From positions 1-64,000 of the forward strand of contig JBHLON010000008.1 in NCBI GenBank assembly GCA_048940445.1: a DNA stretch of 64,000 nt, written 5' to 3'. Position numbers and translations under genes: made by a program. The DNA comes from Promethearchaeota archaeon. Lineage in GTDB: Archaea > Asgardarchaeota > Lokiarchaeia > Sigyniarchaeales > SOKP01. This document shows positions 19,389 to 30,130 of this stretch, one piece after another. Numbering within the stretch: position 1 is the first letter of the stretch; the number at the start of each line of letters is the position of its first letter. The notes beneath the pieces are model-generated. The model made no database searches, was not told the DNA's origin, and saw only the letters and a list, made by a program, of their open reading frames with translations.

Positions 19389-21308
19389 TTACTTCAACTC
19401 TTTTAACATTTTCTGTATCTGATTTTTTAATTCTTTTGAGACAATAGCTCCATCGATTTTACCCCGAACATCTTTCATAATTTCTCCCATTAAAGGTCCT
19501 ATTGCCCTCATTTCTTTCTCCCTTATAATTTGAAGATTATTTTTGATAATTTTAAGTATTATATTGTTTAATTCCTCAATTGAAATACTTTTTATATTTA
19601 ATTTATCTTTAATTTGATTGATAGTTAAATTAGGATATTCTGTTTTAGCGATCATGATTTCTTCAATGGCTTCTTTTCCTATGTTTTTACTTTTTAATTC
19701 CTGAAAGATTTCGACAAAATCCTTGTCTAATAATAAATCTATCTTCTTTCCATCTCTTCTTAACGCTGTGGTTGTCTCTAAGAGAGTGGTTAATAGGAGG
19801 GTGGGATTTTCTGGATAAATTTTTATTAGTTTTTCAAACAACTCTAATTTGTCATTAAAGATTAGTTCTCTTATCATACGTTCTTCCGTATTATATTTTT
19901 CGGAATATTTTTTAATTGTTTCCCAAGGATATTCTGGCAGACTTTCTTTAATTTCTTTGATTTCTTGATCTGTGTTAATTATTGCCTTGGAATCTGTATC
20001 TGGATATAACCTTGCTCCGCCATGAAGTTCTCTTAGAAATTCTGTCTTACCATCTTCTAATGCTCTTCTTGTTTCAGGAGGTACTCCTTTGAAAGCAAAC
20101 CTTATGCGATCTACTATTATGTTTGAGGCTTTATTTATTCTTTCTTTAGTTCCCAATAACAGCACAAAACAATCATTTTGTTTGGAATCTAATAAATTCA
20201 TAAGTAATTCAACAAGTTTCTTCGTGATACCATAATTTTCGAGATTTTCATCAGAATGAATTATCCCCTTTAATCCTGCAATGGATTTTACTTTACTACT
20301 TACCTCTGTTCCAAATCTATAATCATTCATTAATTCTTTTCCGAAAATTCCCTTAAAGTTCTTAAAATTAATTCCATATAACTTCTTTCCTGATTTGAAA
20401 CCCTTCTGAATGAACTTAGATTTTACATTTTTTAGTTTTTCTGATACATCAATTAAGTTTTTAGTAATATCACTAGATCTAGCTTTCCTCTTATTTAGTT
20501 CATTTTTTATTTCAATTAAGTTAACTTGACGAGAAATTTCATTATTAATTAATTGTGGTATCCAGCTTAATTTTTGCACACCTTTAATTTCAATTCTTGT
20601 TCCTGATTTAATGCTAACATTAACATCTTGTCGAATGGAACCTATAACTTTCTTAACATTAGTTGACCAGAATAGTAATCCGATCCGTTCCGCACACTCT
20701 TTGCATTCATCAGGAGTACTGATATCTGGTTTAGTAGTTACTTCAACCAAAGGAATTCCTAACCTATCTAACCGAAAATAATTAAAATAATTCTCAGTTT
20801 TTATTTTTCTAGCAGCTTCCTCTTCCAAACTTAAAATATCTATTCTGATCTTTTTACCATTTTCTAAAGTTATATATCCATCAGTTCCAAGAATCATAGT
20901 TCTCTGAAAACCACTTGGTACACTTCCATCTAAGTAATTCTTCCTACATACATGCATTTCTTCAATAATGTTAGCATTCAAGAGTAGGGCGATTTGTAGG
21001 GCAATATTTCGAGCTTCTTTATTACAGGAAAAAGGAGGAGTATCATCTAATTCATAAGTACAAATAACATCATTATAACCCTCATAAATAATCCCTATGC
21101 CTTTTTCGTATTCAGTAAGCATTGCTTTGTCAAACGTTCCCATCTCTCCTAACACAGGCCTCATATATCTTTTGATCGTAAAATCTGGTTCTCTTGTACC
21201 TTGAAGTATGGTAGGACATCGACAAAACAGCTTTGTCTCTGTATCTAATTGTTGGTGGATTTCTAAACCACATTTAAGTCCTAGATTTTTATAATCAAAC
21301 TGCTCCAT
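19389..21308 (-). CDS. gatE: Glu-tRNA(Gln) amidotransferase subunit E
   Basis: GLEIHQQL..KLFC, DGSVPSGFQRT, LDRLGIPLVE, IRQDVNVSI, GARLYPDTD. Confidence 0.97.
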   Translation of the reverse strand: MEQFDYKNLGLKCGLEIHQQLDTETKLFCRCPTILQGTREPDFTIKRYMRPVLGEMGTFDKAMLTEYEKGIGIIYEGYNDVICTYELDDTPPFSCNKEARNIALQIALLLNANIIEEMHVCRKNYLDGSVPSGFQRTMILGTDGYITLENGKKIRIDILSLEEEAARKIKTENYFNYFRLDRLGIPLVEVTTKPDISTPDECKECAERIGLLFWSTNVKKVIGSIRQDVNVSIKSGTRIEIKGVQKLSWIPQLINNEISRQVNLIEIKNELNKRKARSSDITKNLIDVSEKLKNVKSKFIQKGFKSGKKLYGINFKNFKGIFGKELMNDYRFGTEVSSKVKSIAGLKGIIHSDENLENYGITKKLVELLMNLLDSKQNDCFVLLLGTKERINKASNIIVDRIRFAFKGVPPETRRALEDGKTEFLRELHGGARLYPDTDSKAIINTDQEIKEIKESLPEYPWETIKKYSEKYNTEERMIRELIFNDKLELFEKLIKIYPENPTLLLTTLLETTTALRRDGKKIDLLLDKDFVEIFQELKSKNIGKEAIEEIMIAKTEYPNLTINQIKDKLNIKSISIEELNNIILKIIKNNLQIIREKEMRAIGPLMGEIMKDVRGKIDGAIVSKELKNQIQKMLKELK

Positions 21309-21442
21309 TCCAAATCATTTTCTTTGAGATAAAATTATTGCTTTTCTAATATAATAAAATTCGGATAAAATATGTAATTTACTTCTTTGATAACAGAATG
21401 TTATTAGTATTCCATAAATTATGAACTCAGAATTACATAAAA

Positions 21443-22525
21443 TTATTCTAAGTAGTATTTACCATCGGATTGATTCACTTTTGAATATTTTGATATTAAG
21501 TCTAGAAATACATTTATTTCATCTTTAAACTTTTCTTCTGACAGATGAATCACAAATCTTAGTTGATCTTCGTTTTCTATCTCAATCCAATGCAATCTCT
21601 CAAAAATTTTTAAAAAGTCTAATAAAAATTCATCTTTATCATCAAATTTATTAAGATCGTTAATTATTAATTGTATCCATCTATCTCTTACCTTTTCATT
21701 ATTAAAGTTAACCATTACTCCTTTATCTTCAGCAAGTTTCATCCAGAAATAGAAATCTTCATCATTAATCACGTGTTTAAGATTTATTAAAAGATTTACA
21801 TTGTCTTGTACTAATTTAATTCTTTCTTTCTTTAAAACATCCTTTTTAAATATTAAGTCAGTGATATTAATATTAAATCTGCAATACAAATCTTTGTCTG
21901 AATATACGATATCTGTTATTTTACCTCCTAATATCCCGAATATAGCAGCGTTTAGTTTACAATTTTCCCAAAATAAATTCTGATAATTTCCAACACATTC
22001 AAAGACTACTTTAGGATATTTAGGATTTCCGTTGGTAAAAAGTTCTAACGTCATCTCCTTTACTATTTTATTTTCCAAATAGAAGTTTTTAAAAACTTCG
22101 AATCTTTCTACTAATGTCTTGTAATCGTAAGGTTCTATACCGTCTAGGTATAACTTCCTAATGGCAAAAAGAAATCTCGTTAGTTGTTTAAAGGTGATAT
22201 CTGTATATTTATGAGTTCTAACCAATTCTTCATGGAATGGAATCACAGCTCTAAATGTTAGTGCATCAAAAAAGTTTTTAGTACTACTATCCACAAATCT
22301 TTCAAAGTCATCAAGATTTTTTCCTCTCTCAAGAATTTCCATGCATTTTTCCATTATATATGTATAGAAAGAAGATATACTTTTGAATCTAGAATCATCT
22401 TGATGTTTTTTTCTCTCTACATTTACATAACGTTCAATCCAATCTTTTAATGCGGGAGATATCGATATTGTTTGATTTGCTGTTTTCTTATTTGATAAAA
22501 ATTTTTTAGAAGTCATAATTGTCAT
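21443..22525 (-). CDS. Putative RHH + V4R-like regulator (paralog A)
   Basis: N-terminal QTISISPALKDWI...SISSFY (RHH-like); paralogous to 22533-23594. Confidence 0.6.
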   Translation of the reverse strand: MTIMTSKKFLSNKKTANQTISISPALKDWIERYVNVERKKHQDDSRFKSISSFYTYIMEKCMEILERGKNLDDFERFVDSSTKNFFDALTFRAVIPFHEELVRTHKYTDITFKQLTRFLFAIRKLYLDGIEPYDYKTLVERFEVFKNFYLENKIVKEMTLELFTNGNPKYPKVVFECVGNYQNLFWENCKLNAAIFGILGGKITDIVYSDKDLYCRFNINITDLIFKKDVLKKERIKLVQDNVNLLINLKHVINDEDFYFWMKLAEDKGVMVNFNNEKVRDRWIQLIINDLNKFDDKDEFLLDFLKIFERLHWIEIENEDQLRFVIHLSEEKFKDEINVFLDLISKYSKVNQSDGKYYLE

Positions 22526-22532
22526 CCTTTCA

Positions 22533-23594
22533 TTATTCTAGGTAATACAGATCATTATATTTATTAATTTTTCCATATTTTGATATTAAATTTAAAAAAA
22601 ATTCGATTTCCTCTTTATATTTTTCTTTGGTTAGCCTTAATCGAAAGTTCCTCAGTTCTCCATTCTCAATATCAATCCAATGCAATGCTTCAAATAACTT
22701 TAATATATCAAAATGAATTTTCTCATTTTCACCATATTTTTTTATATCGTCTAAAATTAAATTTATCCATTTTTCTCTTGATTTTTTATTGTTGAAGATT
22801 AGGCCTATGTCTTTATCCTTTGCCATTTTTATCCATAAATAATAATGCTTATCCTTGATTAATTTATCATAGTTAATAAGATAGCTTAAATTATTTCGAA
22901 TTAATTCCATAGTGGCTTTTTTATCAATAGATTCCTGAAAGAATATAGAAGTTGGTTCTAATTCTAATCTACAATAATTTTCATCTAAAGAAAGAAAAAA
23001 GTTAATGATTCTTGTTCCAAAAACAGCAGAAACAGCTGTCAGTAATTTAAAATTTTCGAAGATGATATTTTTATAGCCTCCAGTTAATTCAAGTATGAGT
23101 TTCTTAAAATTTTTTGTTTTGTCATCGAAAATGATTTCATATTTAAAATCTTTAATTAACCGATTAGAAAAAACATAATTACTCATCTTCTCTATTAATA
23201 TCTTGATTGTCTTAATATCTTTAGGATTATAACCACTTTGATATGCGAATCGTTTCAATGAATATAAGAATCGAATTGTCATATCAATATCTAACTCTGA
23301 ATATCGATTCAATTCTAATGCAGGTTCAAAAATTGGTATAAATTGTCTAAAGGAAAATTGATCAAAAAAGTCTGTAAGTTCCTGATCTGCAAATTTTTCA
23401 AAATCATCCAGATTTTTTCCTTTTTCAAAGCATTTAAGAGATTCTTTCATCACAAATTCATAAAACGCGGAAGAACTCTTAAACCTCTCATCCATGGGAA
23501 AATTCTTGTGATTTTGAGTTACATATTCGTCAATTTTTTTCTTTAATTTATTCGAAATGGAAATAGTTTGTTTTATTTTTGACATAACTATCAA
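22533..23594 (-). CDS. Putative RHH + V4R-like regulator (paralog B)
   Basis: KQTISISNKLKKKI...SSSAFY; shares GKNLDDFE.F.D, ENxKL, CRxxI/L and WIxIEN with the neighbour. Confidence 0.6.
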   Translation of the reverse strand: MIVMSKIKQTISISNKLKKKIDEYVTQNHKNFPMDERFKSSSAFYEFVMKESLKCFEKGKNLDDFEKFADQELTDFFDQFSFRQFIPIFEPALELNRYSELDIDMTIRFLYSLKRFAYQSGYNPKDIKTIKILIEKMSNYVFSNRLIKDFKYEIIFDDKTKNFKKLILELTGGYKNIIFENFKLLTAVSAVFGTRIINFFLSLDENYCRLELEPTSIFFQESIDKKATMELIRNNLSYLINYDKLIKDKHYYLWIKMAKDKDIGLIFNNKKSREKWINLILDDIKKYGENEKIHFDILKLFEALHWIDIENGELRNFRLRLTKEKYKEEIEFFLNLISKYGKINKYNDLYYLE

Positions 23595-24038
23595 ATGCTA
23601 CTATAGTTAAATTTATAAAAAGGAATACTAATATTAAAGTTACGTTTAAAACTGCTAGTTATCATAATATTTGATAATACAATTCTTTCAAAAGCAAATA
23701 TTCTGTTTCATTACGACGTTATTACTTTTAAGTAGATTAGGATCTTAGTTTCTTGTCCTTTGTTTATTTTGTTTCAAACGAATTCTTATCCGATCTTTTA
23801 TTTTAAGCAGAAACGTACTTTTTGAATTATCGGAACATAATCATTTTTTGATATATTTAATAAAATAGTTCCTGTTTTCCAGGTTCTTATCTATCATATT
23901 CATTTAAATATTAGACTAAAATATTAATTTATTGTCAAAGAAATTTGACAAAATTTTTATTTTTAAGGAAGACTCCTGTCATAAAGCTAAAAGCAAGGTT
24001 TAAGGGCGAAAAACAATACAATCTTCAATAAATCGTTT

Positions 24039-25661
24039 TTAATTTAAGTTTTTGGATACGTAGGGACCATCAATTTTATATCCTAAGTCATAAAACCAAT
24101 CTCTTGCTCCAATTCCACTAATAACTGCTAACTTTTTAGCATCATATTCATCATGAGATTCTCTTTCGGCATTTAGCATTAATAATTTGCCAAAGCCACG
24201 ATGCTGAATTTGAGTATCTCTATTTGGTTTTAGATCTTTAGGTACTAATTCTCCAACAACTCTAATTTCTCTAACGATCATAGTTTTCCCATCATTTAAT
24301 TCTGATCTATGAGCAAAATCTGAAGGTTTTCTCAATCTTAGATATCCCACTAAAAAATTTTCATCCTTATTCTCATAAGATAGAAATAGCTCTTCTCCTT
24401 TTGAGGCTATATAAGCATTTCTATATAATTTTACTTTATCAAAAGACTCTTCAGTGATAAAACCTTTTCTTTTCTTAATTCCAAATTCCCGACATCTTAT
24501 ACATGAGCATTTAATGTTTAATTCATGCATTCTTTTCTGAACAAATTGTCTTAAATTACTCTTTTTACAACCTGCTTCAATTAATTGAGCTGGAATATCT
24601 CTCATAATTCTTTGGATACGAACATAAGGAGGAATATTACTTTTAATCTTAGCAATTAAGTCAATTAAATCTTCGTCAGAATAGGGTTCATACATTCCTT
24701 TTTTCCATAAATTATATAATTCAGTTCCCTTGATAACGAGACAAGGATATATCTTTAACATATCTGGCCGAAAGTCTGGGTTCGAAAATAAAATATCGAA
24801 TGCTTGAATATCTTTCGATAAATTTGATCCAACTAAATTTGGCATCATATGAGCATTTACTTTTAAGCCTGCATCTTTAGCAATCCTTATGCTATCAATT
24901 GTATCTTGGATTGTATGACCTCTATTAATCAGAGTGTAAATTTCATTATAAACAGTTTGTACACCAATTTCTACTCTTGTCGCGCCATAATTCAAAATTC
25001 GATCGATATCAATTTCTTTACAATAATCAGGTCTGGTCTCAATAGTTAAGCCTATTAATCTTCTCTCAGATTTTTCTGCAAATTTTTTCGCTTGGTCTAA
25101 CGATTTAGTCTTCCTATTAATTAAACCCTCATAGGCGCCCTTAATAAATTCTTCTTGATATTTAATATCTGTTGATAAAAATGTTCCTCCCATAATAACT
25201 AATTCAATTTTATCAACATTATGACCAATGGCTTCTAAATCATTAATTCTACTTTGAACTTGCTTAAATGAATCATAATCATTGTAGATTGATCTCATAG
25301 CTGCAGGTTCTTTCCCCGTATAAGATTGTGCAACTTTCTGCCCAGGTTGCGACTCTTGACCAGGACAATATATACAAGTTCCAGGGCAGGGAAGCGGTTT
25401 TGTCATGATTGCAATAACAGATACACCAGATAAGGTCCTGGTTGTTCTCCTTTTTAATAGTCTAGTTATAATTTTCTTCTCTTCTTCAGTTGAGTAGTCT
25501 AGGATTGTAGCATTTTTGATAACACCCTTATATTCAAATTTTTTAGCAAATCTTCCTTTAATATTAGTAATTTTTTCTTTTGGAGTCAGTGGATGTTGAA
25601 GAAGGTAATCAATAGTCGCTCTTGCTATCTTCTTTACTTTCTCAATTTTAAACGCTTCCAT
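24039..25661 (-). CDS. elp3: Elp3 tRNA U34 acetyltransferase (radical SAM + KAT)
   Basis: RTLSGV, CPGTCIYCP, SYTGKEP, MGGTF, ETRPD, QHRGFG, VISGIGAR. Confidence 0.97.
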   Translation of the reverse strand: MEAFKIEKVKKIARATIDYLLQHPLTPKEKITNIKGRFAKKFEYKGVIKNATILDYSTEEEKKIITRLLKRRTTRTLSGVSVIAIMTKPLPCPGTCIYCPGQESQPGQKVAQSYTGKEPAAMRSIYNDYDSFKQVQSRINDLEAIGHNVDKIELVIMGGTFLSTDIKYQEEFIKGAYEGLINRKTKSLDQAKKFAEKSERRLIGLTIETRPDYCKEIDIDRILNYGATRVEIGVQTVYNEIYTLINRGHTIQDTIDSIRIAKDAGLKVNAHMMPNLVGSNLSKDIQAFDILFSNPDFRPDMLKIYPCLVIKGTELYNLWKKGMYEPYSDEDLIDLIAKIKSNIPPYVRIQRIMRDIPAQLIEAGCKKSNLRQFVQKRMHELNIKCSCIRCREFGIKKRKGFITEESFDKVKLYRNAYIASKGEELFLSYENKDENFLVGYLRLRKPSDFAHRSELNDGKTMIVREIRVVGELVPKDLKPNRDTQIQHRGFGKLLMLNAERESHDEYDAKKLAVISGIGARDWFYDLGYKIDGPYVSKNLN

Positions 25662-25698
25662 TAAAATCAGACGTAATTATTAGAAAATTTAAAATCTA

Positions 25699-26550
25699 TT
25701 AGATAAATATTTTTTTTCCGGTGAAGTCTCTCTTAAATTTACCAAAATCATCTATTTCTCTTAAAATTTTCGAATTGAAAATTGGGCCGTCTTTACATAC
25801 TAATAATCCTAAGGGATCAAGAGCACACAAACCACAAAGACCACAACCACATCTCATATTTCGTTCTAAACTAGCCTCTAATTCTATGTTATATTTCTCG
25901 CAAATTTGAAATATTTTAAATAACATTATTTCAGGTCCACATGCATATACTTTTAGATTTACTAAATCAGATCTTAAACGCTTCTTAATTAGATTATTGA
26001 ATGTATCAGAAGCTAATCCTTCTAATCCGAAACTCCCATCATCAGTACAATAAAAGATTTCGGCATAATCATTATCTAATGTATTGAAATCATCAATAAA
26101 TATTACTTCTTCACCAATTTTTGCTCCCTCAATTATTATGGTTTTAAGTTTCTTTTTTGATAATTCAGAGGCAAGATATTTAAGTGGAGCAATCCCAAAG
26201 CCTCCCCCGATCAAAATTGAAAGCGTAGATCTTTCTTTTGGTAATTTGAAAGAGTTTCCGAGAGGTCCTCTGACTCCTATGAAGTCCCCTTCATTTAGAT
26301 TATGAATAGCATTAGTACATTCTCCAACATTTTTTACGGTTATAGCCCAATTCCCATTTTCATCACATCCAGATAAAGACATTGGGACTTCATCAACTCC
26401 GGGAACCCATATCATCACAAATTGACCAGCTTGTGGTCTAATATAGTTAGGAGGGGCAATATCTTTTATATTAAATTCTAAAGTTTTAATTCCTGTACAA
26501 TGTGTTTTTATTCTTTTAACTTTAACTGTTTGGATAATATTTTCACTCAA
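25699..26550 (-). CDS. pyrK: Dihydroorotate dehydrogenase electron transfer subunit
   Basis: GQFVMIW, RGPLGN, GGGFGIAP, CGPE, MRCGCGLCGLC...CKDGP. Confidence 0.95.
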   Translation of the reverse strand: MSENIIQTVKVKRIKTHCTGIKTLEFNIKDIAPPNYIRPQAGQFVMIWVPGVDEVPMSLSGCDENGNWAITVKNVGECTNAIHNLNEGDFIGVRGPLGNSFKLPKERSTLSILIGGGFGIAPLKYLASELSKKKLKTIIIEGAKIGEEVIFIDDFNTLDNDYAEIFYCTDDGSFGLEGLASDTFNNLIKKRLRSDLVNLKVYACGPEIMLFKIFQICEKYNIELEASLERNMRCGCGLCGLCALDPLGLLVCKDGPIFNSKILREIDDFGKFKRDFTGKKIFI

Positions 26551-27472
26551 GATCAGGAACCTCCTGGACTTTCCACTTATGAGCTAAACCAATTAAATTG
26601 TCGATATGACTTAAATTTTCTCTCTCCAGATACTTAATAAGATTTTGATTCATTTGAGAAATAAAGTCAAATCCTTGATATAATGCTGTTCCAATTTGAA
26701 ATGCTGATGCTCCAGCTAAAAGGAATTCTGCAGCATCTTTCCAATTATAGACTCCGCCACATGCAATTATAGGAATTTTCAATACTTTATAAAGATCATA
26801 TACAATTTTTACAGCAATTGGGTGTATGCCCTTTCCTGACATCCCTCCACTTCCATGAGAGAGAATAGGGCCTTTTACGTTAATATCAATTACCATTGCA
26901 TTTACTGTGTTAATTGCTACTACTGCATCAGCTCCGGCTTTCTCGGCTGCGAGAGCAATTTCATTAATATCAGTTACATTTGGAGTCAACTTTACAAATA
27001 TAGGAATATCAATACTTTCCTTTAACTCCGCAACTAATGAATGAGTTAAATTTTTATCAATTCCAATAGAACAAACTTCTGCATGTGGACAAGAGATATT
27101 CAACTCTAAGGCATCTGCTCCAGCCTTTTCAGCTTTTAATGCAACTTCTAAGTAAGACTCAATGGTTTCTCCAAAAATACTTACAATCAAAGGAAATCCA
27201 AGCAATTTAATTTCTTCGATCTCTCTGATGAAATTGTCAATTCCAGGATTCGCTAGCCCAACACAATTTAAAAATGTTCCAGGTGATATTTCAATAATTG
27301 ATGGATTCTTATAACCCTTTCTAGCTTTAGGACCAATAGATTTAGTTGTTATTGCTCCTATTCCAGCATTAATTACTCTCTTCATAGTAGAAAATGAAAC
27401 TCCTAAAATGCCAGAAGCCAAGATTATAGGAGTTTTTAAATTTAAATCAGAAATATTAACTTCAAGCATCAC
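26543..27472 (-). CDS. pyrD: Dihydroorotate dehydrogenase 1B catalytic subunit
   Basis: ASG, TKS, GLANPG, ELNISCPH, VKLTPN, GGMSG, QIGTA. Confidence 0.96.
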   Translation of the reverse strand: MMLEVNISDLNLKTPIILASGILGVSFSTMKRVINAGIGAITTKSIGPKARKGYKNPSIIEISPGTFLNCVGLANPGIDNFIREIEEIKLLGFPLIVSIFGETIESYLEVALKAEKAGADALELNISCPHAEVCSIGIDKNLTHSLVAELKESIDIPIFVKLTPNVTDINEIALAAEKAGADAVVAINTVNAMVIDINVKGPILSHGSGGMSGKGIHPIAVKIVYDLYKVLKIPIIACGGVYNWKDAAEFLLAGASAFQIGTALYQGFDFISQMNQNLIKYLERENLSHIDNLIGLAHKWKVQEVPDLE

Positions 27473-27536
27473 TATTATAACTTAAGGAAATATTATTATT
27501 ATTATTATTTAAGAAAATTTGTAGCAGAACACTATC

Positions 27537-28736
27537 TTGAAAATGAAATGTTTTATAATAGATACGTTTATTGGAATATTTGCTACTGATGAAACTGATA
27601 ATATCCTAAGCTATATTAATGTTAATAATGAAGATAAAACTATTGAATTTTATCAATTATTAGATAATAAGACTATTTCTAATGATTTTAAGGCGTTTAT
27701 AAAAGAATTAAAAAATTCTGGATTTAATTATTTTGTGTTTGATAATGCAAGATTGGAAGAAGTAGTAGCCCAATACTTAGATTATCAGACTTTGTTAGAT
27801 ATCGAAGCCCTTGAATTCAGAAATTTTCGTTTTAGCTTGAGTAAAAACTTAAATAAGGTTGGAATCAATATTTCTGAAAAGAATGTTCTCAATAAAGTAA
27901 AATCTATTGAAGAGCAATTAATTAAGAAGAAAGTTAGTATTCTAGGGGCTCAAAATGATATCATCATAATGCGTACTATTGATACAATAGATACTATTAA
28001 AAAATCTATTAGTTTATATTCCAATCGACTCAGAGAATGGTATGGATTACATTTCCCAGAATTAACTGATAAATTAGTTGAAGATAATATAGTTATCGCG
28101 AAATTAATTAGTACTTTAGGAGATAGAAGTAATTTTACATTTGAAAAAATAGGTACTCATTTTGAATTCGGAGACGAGCACATAAAGATGTTAGTGGATT
28201 TAACTTCAAGGTCAATGGGTTCTAAAATTGATTTAGATATTGTTCAAAGTTTTGCAGAACAAATAATACAACTTGATCGTTTTAGAGAACAATTGGAGGA
28301 ATATTTAGAGAGCTTAATGCGCTCAACCGTTCCTAATCTTAATGCTTTGGTAGGAAGTTTAGTTGGAGCTAAATTAATAGCAAAAGCAGGAAGTTTGAAA
28401 AAATTAGCATTTATGCCAGCATCTAGGATACAAATTTTAGGTGCAGAGAAAGCCCTATATCGGTTTTTAAAATCTGGTGAAAAAAGACCAAAACATGGAC
28501 TGATATATCAGTGGAATGTCATTAGAGGAAGCAAACAATATCTTAGAGGAAAAATCTCAAGATTAATTGCTGGAAAAATCGGTATTGCTAGTAAAGTTGA
28601 TTATTTTAATGGAAAGTATATCGGAGAAGAATTGGCGAAGGAAGTAGAAGAAAAAGTGAAAGAAATAGAAAAAAAATATCCTAAGAAAACTGAAACTAAA
28701 AAAAAGTCAAAAAAGGTTAAAAAAAGAAAGAGATAG
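27537..28736 (+). CDS. nop5: C/D box sRNP protein Nop5 (Nop56/58)
   Basis: REWYGLHFPEL, PASRIQILGAEKAL, PKHGLI, GKISR; Lys-rich tail. Confidence 0.96.
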   Translation: MKMKCFIIDTFIGIFATDETDNILSYINVNNEDKTIEFYQLLDNKTISNDFKAFIKELKNSGFNYFVFDNARLEEVVAQYLDYQTLLDIEALEFRNFRFSLSKNLNKVGINISEKNVLNKVKSIEEQLIKKKVSILGAQNDIIIMRTIDTIDTIKKSISLYSNRLREWYGLHFPELTDKLVEDNIVIAKLISTLGDRSNFTFEKIGTHFEFGDEHIKMLVDLTSRSMGSKIDLDIVQSFAEQIIQLDRFREQLEEYLESLMRSTVPNLNALVGSLVGAKLIAKAGSLKKLAFMPASRIQILGAEKALYRFLKSGEKRPKHGLIYQWNVIRGSKQYLRGKISRLIAGKIGIASKVDYFNGKYIGEELAKEVEEKVKEIEKKYPKKTETKKKSKKVKKRKR

Positions 28737-28755
28737 ACTCAATGGGGTAATAAGT

Positions 28756-29442
28756 GTGAGTGACATTGAAATCCGGAATCATCCAAGATTTGCTAATGTG
28801 TATATTTCTGGTCAACCTAACAGCTTGAAATTATATACTAAAAACTTAATTCCTGGTAATAGGATATATGGAGAGAGGCTAATAAGTTATAAAGGTGCTG
28901 AGTATAGAGAATGGGACCCCTTTAGAAGTAAGTTGGCAGCTTTCTTACTAGAAAATCCAAGTATTGATCTGTTTAAGAATGATCTAAAATGCTTATATTT
29001 AGGAGCATCATCTGGAACTACAATATCTCATCTATCAGACATCCTAGATAAAGGAATAGTCTTTGGGGTGGAAGTAGCCCCCAGAAGTATGAGACAACTT
29101 ATCCAAAATACTTCAAATAGGAAAAATCTTGTTCCTATTTTAGGAGATGCAAATTTTCCAGAGAAGTATGCTAAATCTATTTTTTCTGAAATTGATTTAA
29201 TCTATCAAGATGTTGCTCAACCAAATCAGGCTGAAATAGCGATTTCGAACTGTAGATATTACTTAAAAGAAGGAGGATATTTAATAATGGCGATAAAGTC
29301 CCAATCAATTAGTAGTGTACAAAAATCAGAAAAGATTTATGCAAGAGAACAAGAGATTTTAGAAAAAGCAGATTACAAAGTAATCAGTAAAGTTAATATT
29401 CATAAGTATGCTGCTAATCATATTATTTTGATTTTAAAATAG
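28756..29442 (+). CDS. flpA: Fibrillarin-like rRNA/tRNA 2'-O-methyltransferase
   Basis: YREWDPFRSKLAA, LYLGASSGTTISH, DVAQPNQ. Confidence 0.97.
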   Translation: MSDIEIRNHPRFANVYISGQPNSLKLYTKNLIPGNRIYGERLISYKGAEYREWDPFRSKLAAFLLENPSIDLFKNDLKCLYLGASSGTTISHLSDILDKGIVFGVEVAPRSMRQLIQNTSNRKNLVPILGDANFPEKYAKSIFSEIDLIYQDVAQPNQAEIAISNCRYYLKEGGYLIMAIKSQSISSVQKSEKIYAREQEILEKADYKVISKVNIHKYAANHIILILK

Positions 29443-29443
29443 A

Positions 29444-30130
29444 TCATAACAGATAATCCGTAATTTTTTTCATATAAATTGTTTCATTTAATAACTTTCT
29501 TGTAGTATCCCAAGTTTTTCGAGCAATAGAAGGGGGTTTTTTATTTTTTACTATCCACTCTCTCAGAAAATTAATAGTTTTAGTATCAGAGGGATATCCA
29601 GATCCAAAATCTCCATACTTTTCTCTTAAATTTCCAATTAAATTGTCTCTAATCTCTTTTGCAATAATGGAACTAGCCGACACAATAGGATATATGTCGT
29701 CTGCCTTATGTTTCGAGATAACTTTAGTGGGTTTAAAATCTAATAATTTTTTTATCGAATCTCCAAACCTTTTTTCATTTACATCAACTGCATCCACTAT
29801 TATTATATTTGGTTTTAATTCATTGATTATCTCAATATATTTAAGTAACTCCAATCTATTGAGAGTAAAATGACTTTTTACTCTATTATCAATTTCTTTA
29901 GCACTTATTATTTTAACTTTCAAGGAATAGCATTTTCTTTTAATAATTTGTGCAAGTTCAATTCTCTTTGAGCTAGTAAGTTTCTTAGAATCTTTTACTC
30001 CAATCTTACTTAGAATCTCTAAATCAAATGATGGAAAACATACACCACATATTACCATAGGCCCCAAGACTGGTCCTCTCCCTGCCTCGTCGATTCCACA
30101 AACTAATTTACAATTCTTGGATAACTTCAA
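29444..30130 (-). CDS. rnhB: Ribonuclease HII
   Basis: GIDEAGRGPVLGP, VKDSKKL, ASIIAK, GSGYPSD; TTG 30130 after GAGGA preferred as start. Confidence 0.96.
   Translation of the reverse strand: MKLSKNCKLVCGIDEAGRGPVLGPMVICGVCFPSFDLEILSKIGVKDSKKLTSSKRIELAQIIKRKCYSLKVKIISAKEIDNRVKSHFTLNRLELLKYIEIINELKPNIIIVDAVDVNEKRFGDSIKKLLDFKPTKVISKHKADDIYPIVSASSIIAKEIRDNLIGNLREKYGDFGSGYPSDTKTINFLREWIVKNKKPPSIARKTWDTTRKLLNETIYMKKITDYLL

Noticed and set aside
23595-24038. Short minus-strand frame with an in-frame TGA (possible selenocysteine readthrough)
   Set aside because: No redox motif, homology cue or SECIS-like structure recognised
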